Made by a program: the position numbers and the translations under genes. The notes under the pieces are model-generated. The model was not told the origin of the DNA, did not search any database, and saw only the letters and a program-made list of their open reading frames with translations. Source: Blastocystis sp. subtype 4 (Eukaryota). Taken from it: a stretch of DNA of 20,000 nucleotides. The stretch lies in the NCBI RefSeq assembly GCF_000743755.1, contig NW_014569480.1, positions 45,363 to 65,362 of the forward strand, read 5' to 3'. Below, piece by piece: positions 1-12,031 of the stretch. Within the stretch, counting starts at the first letter, position 1. Every line of letters begins with the position of its first letter.

Positions 1-1970
1 GAAGGTGGTCTTAATCTTCTGTTTAATCTTTATCGGTCTCTAATGCCTACAATGGATGGATATTTGACAAGTGAAGGAGGAGAGGTGAATCTTCCTCGTG
101 TTATGCGTGTTTTTGTAGAACTTGCAAAGGTTGAAGGTACTATCTTAAAACGAAGGAGGTATTTGTGAATAGGAATGTTTATCGTTAGAGCAGTTCAAGT
201 GGATAATGAGATCCGGAATCGGGAACGTGCTGCTAACATATCCAATCTTATCAAGGCTCCTTCTACATCAGTAGGTACTAGCAATACAGAGGAAATCAAT
301 ATTGATGAAGAGACCGGCACAAATGAGAAGGAGGATATCACACTACTGGCAATTGAAGCAGCTTCTGCTGCGTTACAACATGATTCAGATCCAGAGAATA
401 CCGAGAAAAAAGAGAAAGAAGAAGAGATGACAGAGGAAGAGAAGAAGAGAATTGAACAGAGGTAAACAGACTATCATGCTTTTGATCCTAGTTATTCAGT
501 TGAACTCCTACGAGCATTCGATAAGAAGAACAGGAGAGATGATGTTGAAGATAAGATCAAACTTGGTGAAACTGGATGGCAAACACGATACTATGTTGAA
601 AAGTTTGGTCGTGATGGAATCAAACTAACACCAGAGTTCTATAAAGATTTGGCTTCTAGTTACATTGAAGGACTACGTTGGGTCATGTTATATTACTATC
701 ATGGGGTTCCTTCTTGGGACTGGTATTTTCCCTATCATTTTGCTCCTTGTGCATTCACAATTGTTCAATTCAAATATGAAAACACGCCTTTTGTATTAGG
801 TAAACCCTTTCGGCCTCTTGATCAATTGATGGCTGTACAACCTCCTGGATGTGCTTATCTACTTCCTGAGCCAATGCGTGAACTAATGACAAATCCCAAT
901 TCTCCAATTATCTCATTCTATCCAAAGAGAGTACTATTATGATGTGATTATGATATAGATTGAATATGATACGAATGGAAAGCCTTTCCGATGGTTATGG
1001 ACTGCTAAGATTACGTTCATTGACCAGAAACAACTAACAGATGCTGTAGACTCAGTGATGGATAAGTTATCAAAGGAGGATTTGTATCGGAACCATCATG
1101 GAGATGAGGTCTTATATGTATGGATTGGATAGGAATGAGAAGTAGGTTCATAGTGTATCTTGGCTTGCTGAACAGTTTTTGAAGAATAGTGAAGAGAAAT
1201 TCATCCTTCAGGAACCTCAGCAATATCCAATCTTTGGAACTGTTGAGAAGGCTAATGAGCCATCTCTTCGTTGCTGTTCTATGTTTCTCTTATCAATAGA
1301 TGAATGTATTGTCTCAACACCTCCTACTGCTTTCCCTCGAATTCCATGTACTCAAACTCTTCCTCTGAAGTTTGTAATGCCTGAGGCTTCGATTCATGTT
1401 TCTCATCTATTGCCCGGTGTGGTTCCACCTCCAAAGATTCTATTCCCTCAGGACATTGTCATTTCTGCCCCTCCTCTAAATCGGAAAATGGATATCTCAG
1501 ATCTTGGATATATTCATGACGTTGAACCTACACGAGAGACTGGGTGGGGATCTGGTGTCGTTCGGGAGTTACGTCGTGATCCTCGTCTAAGTAGAAAACG
1601 AGATTATGAGGAGAATGATACTGAATCAAAGCGATATCGATCTCAGAATTATCCTCCACAACCATATGGTCAGCCATATCCACAACCCTATGGTCAACCA
1701 TATCCGATGCCTTATGGTCAGCCATATCCACAATCTTATGGCCAGCCCCATTCAATGCCCTATGGTCAGTCTTATGGCCAACCTTATCCACCACCCTACA
1801 ATCAACCTTATGGTCAGCCCTATCAACAACCCTATAGACAACCGTATCCACAGTCATATAGTCAGCCATATGGACAATCTTATCAACAACCCTATCAGCA
1901 ACCTTATCAGCAACCATATCAACAACAATCTCAGTCAGCGCTTGGAATGTTACAAAAACGATTGAAATAA
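1..1970 (+). CDS. XRN2: 5'-3' exoribonuclease 2 (Rat1/XRN2), 5' end outside the window
   Basis: Removing GT-AG introns 159-188, 462-491, 931-958 and 1118-1145 gives a continuous frame with XRN family motifs DKIKLGETGWQTRYY, YIEGLRWVMLYYYHGVPSWDWYFPYHFAP and GKPFRPLDQLMAVQP. The short C-terminus after the nuclease core fits XRN2 better than XRN1. TAA at 1968-1970. Confidence 0.9.
1648..1930 (+). repeat. Coding 12-bp degenerate tandem repeat (QPYG/QPYP/QSYG/QPYQ tetrapeptides) in the XRN2 tail
   Basis: Translation YPPQPYGQPYPQPYGQPYPMPYGQPYPQSYG...QQPYQQPYQQ has Tyr at almost every fourth residue. Confidence 0.9.
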
Positions 1971-2006
1971 AGGCATTGAGAGAACGTAAAGCAGTGCATA
2001 GAACCA

Positions 2007-2014
2007 TGTTTGTA
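2007..2014 (+). terminator. GU-rich downstream polyadenylation element (TGTTTGTA) of XRN2
   Basis: One mismatch to TGTTTGTT, 36 nt after the stop. Confidence 0.6.
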
Positions 2015-2254
2015 AATGCAAATACTTTAACTTAAAAGAATGTCACCAATTTCTGATTTCGGTTATTTTGACAAGATACTAACTTCTGAACACTAAGAAG
2101 ACAGTCTTGACGACACTGATTCTCCATTAATGTTGTTCAACAATTATATATTTTGGAATCATCCGTTCATAAGCAAACAATTATATCCATAAGAATTCCA
2201 CTATCCAAAAGGAATCCATTATTCGCTTTGTTTGTTCTCTTTATGTGTTGAAGA

Positions 2255-3221
2255 ATGCGTGAAGGGTTCAGTATGTTTTCCCGTTTACTGTTGATTCTAG
2301 TCAATACATTTGCAGGTGCATTCTGTGGGATCACTGTGGACAGTATCTTATACCCACTAGATACAATTAAAACGTTTGAATGGAAATTGTGAACTAAGAA
2401 CTAGACGATTCCAAGCAAGCAAGGGATCAGTGAGAGTTGGAAGATATAAGAATCTCTTCAATGGACTAGGAACAATTCTCTTGGGTTCTGTTCCTGCATC
2501 TGCAGTGTATTGGAGTATTTATGAGAAAGTGAAACGAAACCTATGTGAAGCAACGCATAACAATACGAAACTCTTTCCCGTTTGTGAAATGGTTGCAGCT
2601 GCAATTGGAGAATCTGTGGGATCGGCTATTCGGAATCCCTTTGAAGTGACGAAACAGTTCATTCAGATTCGTGGATACTCGAATCCTGTAAGGGCAATCT
2701 TGGAAATCTCCAAAGTGCTTTTATAACAACGTTTTTACTTGTAGAAGCGTGGCTTTCGAGCTCTTTATTCAGGATATGGTCCAATGCTGATGCGAGATAT
2801 TCCGTTTGATATGATTGAGGTAGTTGTATTATCGTTAAAACAATCATAGTACTCCTTTTATGAAGCAGAGAAGCGGTGGTCAAAGGGATTGGTGGTATAT
2901 GGAAAGAGGAGGATGTGATTCTAGAAACACCGTGAATTGCGGCTACACGAAAATATGTTGATGGGATCGGTTGCTGGAGGGATAGCAGCCTTCTTTACAT
3001 GTCCGTTAGATGTTTTGAAGACGCGGATTATGTTAACGGCGGATCTTCCAGCTGAACGACGATATGGAATTGTTGAAACATTTCGTCATATTGTCCGAAG
3101 GGAAGGTTATCGATGCTTGTTTTCTGGCGCAATGTATCGTGTATTATGGATTTCTTTAGGTGGAGCTATTTGGTTTGGGGCATTTGAAGAATACAAACGA
3201 TTATTTACTCGTTTGCTGTAA
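2255..3221 (+). CDS. Mitochondrial carrier family protein, S-adenosylmethionine carrier-like (SLC25A26/Sam5 type)
   Basis: Introns 2271-2300, 2374-2404, 2715-2744, 2820-2849 and 2895-2924 give MREGFINTFAGAFCGITVDSILYPLDTIKTRFQ... with three Px[DE]xx[KR] signatures (YPLDTIKTR, NPFEVTKQ, CPLDVLKTR). GSVPASAVYW, RDIPFDMIE and RVLWISLGGAIWFG resemble SAM carriers. Family is firm; substrate is inferred. Confidence 0.88.
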
Positions 3222-3228
3222 TAGTCAA

Positions 3229-3243
3229 TGTTTGTAATAAACA
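3229..3243. terminator. Bidirectional polyadenylation element TGTTTGTAATAAACA
   Basis: TGTTTGTA on + 7 nt after the carrier stop; TGTTTATT on - 5 nt after the phosphatase stop. Confidence 0.7.
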
Positions 3244-3248
3244 ACTTC

Positions 3249-4477
3249 TCAAAACTCTCTCGTAATCTCTGTATTATTAAGAAGATTATTTATATGATAA
3301 GTGTTTTCTAGAATAGGTTGAACATTTGGCTGAGTAGAAAGACTTCGAAGAAATACCATTAAGGAAAATAACTAAAATTCAGAATCTCTTCAATACTAAC
3401 TTCTTTGTCGTCTTCTTCTCCATTCCATGACAAAATGGGAATCGCATTATTCACATTGTAACAATAGACTAAAGGAGTGTTATCAACAATAAATGTTGTA
3501 TTCTATGTGAAATAATCCATCCAATCATACTAGGTCACGGTTCAATCGAGACAAATCCTTGTAATACTCATCTTGAGTGATAAATGTAGTGTGTTCCCGA
3601 GTGAGACAATAACTAATTAATGGCTTCTTCTCGTTGAACATTCCAACAATCTTCATTGCATACCTATTCTTAACCAATCTTCCATCTTATACGATGATTC
3701 AGCAGCAGTGAACACAATAATCTCATAATACTCACTCATCTCTTCCAGAAAAAGAAATACATATGGGCGAAATCGTACATATACACAATAATCTTCCACT
3801 ATTCCCGTTCCACTACTCATCTGTTGATTCTACACTCCATTCAATTATCCTCACTTACAAAACAAGTATCATATTTCGGTGGTTTATCTAGGGAACATGA
3901 AACGAGCGTTTCATCCAGGTCTAGTACCAGGGTATGAGAGGGAGCATCATGAGCTTTAGCAGGCAATAATAAGTTTGTGTCACTCCCTAAAGGAGGTGTC
4001 GGTATTTCGTTTAACACGTTACGAATAGCTGAAAAGGAATCCACATAAGAAAGACCAATTTGCAAAAGCATCTCTTTGGTCCACCCAAATGTATCGTCAG
4101 AAGAAAAACAGTCATCATAGTCCTCTTCTAATTCCTCTCCCACCTCTTCTTCAGTACATTCCTCTGTTCTATTGTTAATGATCCAAAAATCCATTATAGA
4201 AGGATATGTCTGATGTGGACTCAACTCGTACATAGTCCGACGAGCAGCTACACCTTATCCACCCAATGCAATCCTACTTGTATCATTTACGGGTTTTGGA
4301 GAGAAAATATCATTATTACGACTTTGTTCTTCTGATATCATATCATTTGTTGTACTGAGACGAGGAAGATAGGTCTTTCGTCTTTCATTTCTGTTGTCTA
4401 TACTACCTATCTATTATGTATCAAATCTGCAATCTACTTTCCCCACTCACCCTAATAGACACGTGATCAGTCTCCAT
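3249..4477 (-). CDS. FCP1/SCP (NIF-domain) CTD small phosphatase-like protein
   Basis: HTLVLDLDETLV (DxDxT catalytic motif), then after ~30-nt introns VYVRFRPYV, YEIIVFTAA, YYKDLSRLNRDL, TFIVDN and NAIPILSW. TGA at 3251-3249. The start at 4477 needs a 40-nt first intron (4450-4411) and is less certain. Confidence 0.85.
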
Positions 4478-4628
4478 TCCTTGTTAAAAATATTCCTAAA
4501 GGAATAGAATCTAAATTTGCTTTCCAGATAATACAAATGATCTTAGAATAATAGATTGGTAACCCATACTTCGTGACAAAAACCAGGGGAATTTGGATCA
4601 TTCTGGTTTTTTCTTCATATAACGCGAT

Positions 4629-7600
4629 ATGAAGAGATCTTTCCAGATTTCTGTTGGTTCTAAGTTGAGTACTGACGAGTACTCAACTATGGTTGATAAA
4701 CTAGCAGAGCTTCTTCCATCTGTCAACGAAAATGTTCATATATTGCAGAATCGTTACATATCCCTGTTGACAAATCACAATCCTATCCCTTCTGTTACGT
4801 ACTGGTTCTGTTCCTTGTTGATTTGAAGAAGCACGAAGTCCTATCCTCTTCCGACCAAACGAGAGAGTGACCTAATCTTGGCCTATTCGAAATTCATTAT
4901 CAAAATGGGAGGAAGGTTCGTAAGAGTGGTTTTGGTGATATCTAGAGTATCCAATGAATATTTCTCTGTTGTGTTTAATTCAGTTCGTAAGATCCCATAT
5001 TATGTTATCACTGGAATCCAAAAGACAGATTGCTTGGTACTGGCAGATTTTGTGGATGTATGTATCTATTTTGGTACTTTTTTGTAGGCCATTATGAATA
5101 TTGCTAAAGTGGTATCTGCTAAGAGAGCTGAAGTGTTTCAAATTATCGAGGAAGTCATTTCTTCTCTGTTAAAGGATGTTTGCGACAATTTTGGGAATTG
5201 AATTGTAGCAATTCCGCGAGTCCATTCTTTTTACTGTTCTTCAGACTCTAGCATTATGGAAAGGAGAATACCCATTCAATCATGATTGCTTAATGCCATT
5301 TGCAAACGAGATATTTGAATATATGACGAAATTGAATGACCATTGTATCCCTTCTCTAATCATTTTACTACTAGTATCTCGTTCTCGTGGTAGTACCCTT
5401 TTTGACATTTCCCAGCGTCTTTCTGTTCTGATTATGATTGAGAGTCGTATCATGATAACTCTTAGAGTGCAACCATTCATATTTTCTGATCCATAGTACT
5501 CCACAGTGAGTATGGAAACGATCAGTCCAACTCTAACTGGTCTCTATAATATCGCTGACCATTTTGCAGGAAAGCCATCTCATCCTCGTCTCCTGATTGC
5601 TAGTTTGTCTATGCTTGAAGCATCCTCTTTCTTTTTCCCTGAGCTTCGAAATGCTGTATGGAAACGAACTTGGGATTGTATGATGAGTGCCTGTCGTGAG
5701 AAGAATGTTCAAGTGACTGTAGCAGAGGCGGCTATTCACAATCTAATTCAACTTTGTCCATTGATGTTAGATGCTCTCTCTGCTTGTGCTCCTGATGTGA
5801 GAGAACTCTTGGACAATGCAGCTATGAGTAGTGAGATGCGTGAAGGAACTGGAGGATTCTTACGAATGAATAAGCGTCGAAAAGAACGATCTACTGTGAG
5901 TAAGTATGGTAGGAATGAAGAGTTGAGTTTTATTGTAGCTATTTGGAAGTATGAATCGTTACGTGCTGTTTTCACAGATCTCATTCGTGTGATTACTCTT
6001 ACTGAGAACTCGAACCAAGTATTATGCTCACCAACATCTCTGGAGAATAGTGTCACACAGATGGTATTGGGTGAGATTTCTTCTGTAATGCCAATGTTAT
6101 CTCTACTTCCTGCCTCTTCAGATCCTTCCTTCTCTGAGATGCATGATTACACACAAATGATGCTTGATCTTTGTACAACCATTGCTCATACAGTGGATAA
6201 TTCTGATATTCGTGCTGCATGTTTCCAAATCCTTGTTAGTAGTCTTGATAGTGAGTCTCCTCCTCTGGTTGTTCTTCCAAATATTGTGGACATTGCTTTG
6301 GATGATAATGAAGAGCGTCAGAAAGAAGTGAATCGAATTCTAACTGGATTGCTAATGAATTATGAGTTGAAAAATGTGAGCTTCACGAATCAGATTGATT
6401 CATAGTATGATTTGGTAATTCAGGAAGTACCTCGATCCATGACACGACTTGTCAAAGGTGTTACAGATCCAAAAACACGTCAGTATCTACAGAACCAGTT
6501 CTTAAATTCCTGTTCTCAACTCAGCAAAGCTGTATTGAATGATTCGTATTGGTTTTTAGAAGGATATTAGAAGTAGGAATCGTATATCAGAGTTACGTAC
6601 TTTACAATGGCGTATCAGTGAATCAATCATATCTGTACTGTCAACCATTGAGGAAAAATGGAATCCATACAAACCTCAGGAAGAGGTTGATCTATCTTTA
6701 ATGAAAAGTTACTTAGATGTCTGGTTCCACCTCGTGACTGTCCTATTGCTGAGCACCACTAACCTCTAGATCAAGTCATTATCCACTGAGACATGGTCAG
6801 ATACAGCAGAACGAGCACTGACTCTCTTTGCAGCGAAGTCTCCACTGTTACATCAACACTTTTTGGATGTGGAAACAAACATCGAGTTATCAGCTTTATT
6901 CTCTGCAACCAATGTCAATGCAGATTCAGAAGCTATCAGAGCAGCGCTTATCAGTCGACTTGGTAAGGAACATACAGCGAATGTGAATGTGTTAACATAC
7001 ACTGCCGCTCTGTATCTGTTCACAGTATATGAAGTAGAAAGTAGACGTGCTGAACAACTATGTACAATCAAGGCTATCTTTTCCTATTTCAATTCGTTCA
7101 AAGACACATCCTCTTCATTGTATCCTGTAATGACAGCAATTCTAGCATCTATCTTCGATCAGTTTGTAAACAAGCTGAAACAAGGCACACGAAGTGAAGT
7201 ATCGGAAACTATTCTGGAGGATCATATGGAATTTTTAACTGTTCAGTTATGCCATCGGTTTGTTGTTCTTCAAGATCTTGCCCTTCGTTATGCTTGTCTC
7301 CTTCTTGAGAATTTCCCATTTCTGAAGAGAAACGCCAACTGTCTGAATGTATTGATGAAGTGTCTTTTGACTATCAAAATCAATTTGGCTCCAGTGAATT
7401 GTGCCCCTGTCACATTAGCTAGTAGTGATCTTCGTGTTCTTCATGATGATACTCCTCTTCATTATGAGTTACAGCTTCCATTCCGATCTGACGAACTCCA
7501 AAGTCTGTATGATAAAGTTAAAAGTGTATTTTCTATCTGGATCAGCAGTGATGACATTGGTTTTGAAGAAGAGATCTTAATTATGATTCAAAAGTACGTA

Positions 7601-10600
7601 GTATAAACCATCTTTCACATAGTATTGCTTCACCTGAAGTGTTCTCATTTATCTATGAGTTAATTATTGAAGATGATTCATTACGTGAGAAGTATACACC
7701 ATTCACTGATTTCCTTGCATCGATTCGAGTTCATTGTAACGAAATGAAACAATACTCAGTTATAGCATTGAATCAAAGGATTAGTTACTGGAGTGGAATC
7801 TACAAGAGCAAATTACAGAGTATATCTACATCTCTATTAACTCAACAGTTACAAGAAGAAATGATCTCTGTTCTTCGGAAGGAACGAAAGGCTAAGGAGA
7901 AATCGAGTTGGTTCATTCAGGTGATTTGATACATAGTTGAATTGTCAAGAATGAAGAGTGTATCTATGCAAGCAAGTGCAGTTGAAAATGTGATGGAGAC
8001 TACTGCCAGTGATTTGTTAATGAAATGTGGAGCTGTGTGTGCATTACTACGTGAGAACATCGATAGTGTGGTGATTCAGATTATTTGTTGGTTACCTGCT
8101 CTTCTCATGCAGTACGTCTTATGATCGATAAATAATCCTTTAGAGAGTCTCTAATGAAAGAAGCAATTGAATTGTGGCGCTGGCTGTTGGCTGAAATACC
8201 ACTGTTTCATGTTCCTATTGAAATGATGAGTGATTAGTAGAATCTCATTCTTCGTGAACTCTGTTCTGCTTGGGAATATACTCGTGAAATACGTTGTGGT
8301 ATTTTCTGTGTGGCAGATTGTTGGAGAGACAGTCGAGCTCGCTGGTATCAAGGAGGAATTCATCACGAAGATAGTAGAAATGATTGTGCTTGTCCTTGTC
8401 ATTGTTCAGCTGTGTTTGAGAAGGTTGCACATCGTTTGAAGAAGGAGAATTACGATTCTATCGATCATTCAGTGGATCTGTCCAGAATCATCGAAGGGGA
8501 TGATGATGAGCTCAATATCTCTCCAGTAGTTGTGAAGCGACGAACTCAATGCACTCCAGACAATTCGAAGTGTCTGTGTTCGTACTGTTGTACTTGTGAA
8601 CAACTAAAGGATGATGCGGATACACTTCGACTTCATTCAATTCCTCAGATCTCTCTTTTCTACAGTCCGCCTACATTCCTTCAGGATTTATGTGGTGTCA
8701 CAGCCTTTGCATCTGGTATTCGTTGCCGACGTGTGAATGAAGATGAATGTACCTGTCATGGATTGTGGGTTGAGTTTTTTTCGGAGATCATGAATGCATA
8801 TGTTGAACGATATACAGACAGTGTAAGTACTGAATGATTCTTTGAAACCTAGATGCAAGAAGTGTTGCTTCTTCTTTTCAACAGTGTTCAAAATGAGCTC
8901 TGTGTTAACCAACTAGCTCTTCCTTCTGTATTGAGTTTGTTAATCTGTTGTTACCATGGATATGAATATGGAAAGAAGTATCATCTTCTCTCTGAGGATA
9001 CTCTATATGTCTTCTACAGCAACATTGTGATCAGTGTTATTAACCAGATTGCTTATAATAGTGTACATCGTAATGTTCTTCTCTCGGTTGATATCTGTGA
9101 TCTCTCTTATGATATAGGTCAAACATGAAATCCCTCTGGAGAAGGATAAGTTGATTCTTCAGAAATATGTGTTCTTATATGAGCATATCAATGAGGTACA
9201 TCAACAGAACAAGCGACAAGTTGCTCAACGACGAGCGAAGAGGAAAATGAATATGGAAACTTCTGAAGAAGATTCTGAGAATCTTCCGGAGTTGTTGATG
9301 TATTCATATCTCTATCGAGCTGCAGAACGCCGTAATAATCTTACTCTCTCGGAGGTGGATTCATCTGAACACTTCACAGGTGTTTTTGATTCTCAATCCC
9401 AGACACAACCCACCAAAAGTCCTCTTCCTTCAGACCATCTCTCTGTGATCACTTCAACGAATGAATCATCGTCATTCCGTTTCGAGGAACTATGTTTGAT
9501 TCTGCTACGTGGAGTGATGGAACGATTGGTACTCCAACTCAATCCTTGTCAAGAATCCTCTCGTGAGACATTGCCAACTGTGTACACTACTCAAGCCAAG
9601 AATTATAGTGTTAATCAATGGAAAGAGGTTATGCAACTCTGTCGAACTCATTCATCTGAGTGTACTATAGTCATAGTTCATCTCTACCCTCAGATCCCTG
9701 TATTACGAACAGAATTATCGAAACTTATTTTGGAATTCCCTGAAAAGTACATTCATTGTCCTGACTGTGTAATGGATTACATCTTGAATAATAATGATAC
9801 TAACAAGCGATGGCTCCTCTACTGGACTCAACCTTCCTTGACTACGGTAACAACTCTCTTCTTGTGTGATCTTTAGATTGTTGCGTCGATGTCACGAAAT
9901 TCGGCTGATCTACTTATGGATGTACCTCCAATGCGTATTCCCGCGGTTATGCAGTATATCACATCGGCTTTAGGTCAGTTCCCACCAGAATCGTTATGTT
10001 TCTATCTGCCACAATTTGTGCAGGGATTACGTCATGATGCTACAGGAAAGCTTCAGGAGTACATTCTGGTCTTATGCTCGAAGAATGTATTACTAACACA
10101 TCAATTGCTCTGGTTCGTGTAATGACTACTCATCACAAATAGGGCTTTGATTACGGAAAGTGAGACTGAAATCAAGCAATCCGAAAAACATGGGTTTTCC
10201 GGGAATCCAGTAAGTGTAGAAAAGAGACTTGATATTAGATCCAAGGAAGTGATAATTTGCCTTCAATTTGTCAATCTATTATCACTCGAATCAAAGCAGG
10301 AATGACACCAGCTCAATCAATTTTGTATCGACAGCAATTTGACTTCTTTAATCGGTTGATCAACATTAGTGGCTTGGTGAAGCCATTGAAAAAAGAGGAC
10401 CGAAAAGGAGAAATCATGAAGTATCTCCAAGTATGAGTAATGTGATAATCTTATTCTAGGAGATACGATCCACTGTAAAGAATGCCAACTTATATCTCCC
10501 TACAAACCCTGAGTATCATATCACTGATGTGATTGTAGATTCAGCAGCAGCTATGCAATCTGCAGGCAAAGCACCTTATCGATTGATGTTTGAAGTGGAA

Positions 10601-11863
10601 CCATGGGATGGTCCAGATTCTGCGATTACGCGAATTGAAAATCATCTTAGTGAACAGGATGAGCAACCAGTAGTTCAACGACGTCCAAGCAGTCGATGTA
10701 AGGATATCAAACGCATTTTTCATTAGATCGATCTGTAGACAAGAAATCGTTGAATTCTTTCTATGCTCCGTATTCCAGAAATAGAAGAGATTATGTATAG
10801 ACGTACTAACAGTACGATGGATTCTTCAATCCAACAACTTCAGAACTTACGGCCTCGTTCAACATTCCGATCGAGCACTCAACATGTGTATTCTCCTCTC
10901 AGTCAAGGAGATATGCATTTAAATGAAACAGAGCCAGAGAAGGAGCCAATACAAATGGGTCTGATTCTGAAGGCATATGATGATTGTCGACAGGATACAT
11001 TGGCTCTTCAAGTTATGCATTTACTGGAAACTATTTGGGAGTCTGAAGGAATTGACATTCCACTGATGGTATATAATGTAACTCCTGCTCGTACCTCTGA
11101 TGAGCATCATGCGATGGGAGGTATCATTGAGTGTGTACAGAATAGTGATTCTCGGGATAATCTGGGAAAGAAAGGATTCGTGTCATTAAAGATGTATTAC
11201 GAAGTAGGACCTGTATTCGAAATGATAGAAATAGTCCCTATTTGGTCGAGAAGATAGTGAAGAATATGAGATGGCTTTGCGTCGTTTCATTCGGAGTTCA
11301 GCAGCATATATATCCTTGTCCTCCTATTGATTAGGACTCCTTCACTATAGGCTGTTGCTTGTTACATTCTATGGGTAAAGGACCGCCACAATGGTAATTT
11401 AATGCTTGATAAGAAGGGGAACCTGATTCATATTGATTTTGGATTCCTTCTTGGGACATCTCCTGGAGGTAATCTAGGATTTGAAACTGCTGCATTCAAG
11501 TTTTCAGATGAGATGTATTTACTGATGGGAGGATCAACACAGGCCTATCCCTTCCGTGAATTCCTTGATTTGACTGTTGAAGCTTTTTTGTGTATTCGAA
11601 AGTATTGGAAGGAGATTTGTGATGTGGTAAACTGTATGTCAGATAGTGGTCTTCCCTGCTTCCTTCCTGACACTTTGGTGAAGTTGAAACAGAGACTAAC
11701 TCCAGATCTTTCCGAGCTCCAAGCGGCTCAGGGAATGCAAGCAAGAGTAAGGTTGTTTCTATAATGTTATTTGTAGTCTTTGGATTCAATTAAGAAGTGG
11801 ACTACAATTCTTTATGATGGTATCCAAGTTTTCCAAAATGGTATTTATGCTGATTCATGGTGA
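4629..11863 (+). CDS. PI4KA: Phosphatidylinositol 4-kinase type III alpha (Stt4-like)
   Basis: About 24 short introns join the ORF fragments into one frame. PIK helical region FYLPQFVQGLRHD; LYLPTNPE; MQSAGKAPY; KAYDDCRQDTLALQ; catalytic VKDRHNGN and IHIDFGFLLGTSPGGNLGFE; C-terminus YDGIQVFQNGIY. Mid-protein RELCSAWEYT...GIF matches the alpha type. TGA at 11861-11863. Confidence 0.9.
11310..11350 (+). other. U12-type (minor spliceosome) AT-AG intron, 41 nt
   Basis: Starts ATATCCTT, has a branch-like TCCTTCAC at 11338-11345 and ends TAG. Removal gives FIRSSAAY|AVACYILWVKDRH, gap-free against the PI4K consensus. Nearby GT donors (11296, 11318) cause frameshifts. Confidence 0.85.
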
Positions 11864-11872
11864 TATGAGGTT

Positions 11873-11880
11873 TGTTTGTT
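11873..11880 (+). terminator. Polyadenylation element TGTTTGTT of PI4KA
   Basis: Exact motif 9 nt after the stop. Confidence 0.8.
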
Positions 11881-12031
11881 GAATACAGTGCTTTTTATCC
11901 TAATTCACTACTGAATCTGAGAGTATCATTTCGATCATTCGTACTTCTATATAATAATCATCATCGATATATGGATTCCGACGTGTAGTTAATTACTTTC
12001 TAGAATCTCTGTTAGTGTTACCTTTTCAAGA

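Noticed and set aside
1528..2007. Antisense and alternate-frame ORFs over the XRN2 tail
   Set aside because: Shadows of the 12-bp coding repeat.
5345..5374. GTATCCCT donor resembling a U12 5' site
   Set aside because: Mismatch to RTATCCTT, no TCCTTRAC-like branch and modal 30-nt length, so it is likely U2-type.
4629..11863. Fragmented ORFs suggesting pseudogenes, several genes or an alternative genetic code
   Set aside because: Every break I traced is resolved by a short intron using the standard code.
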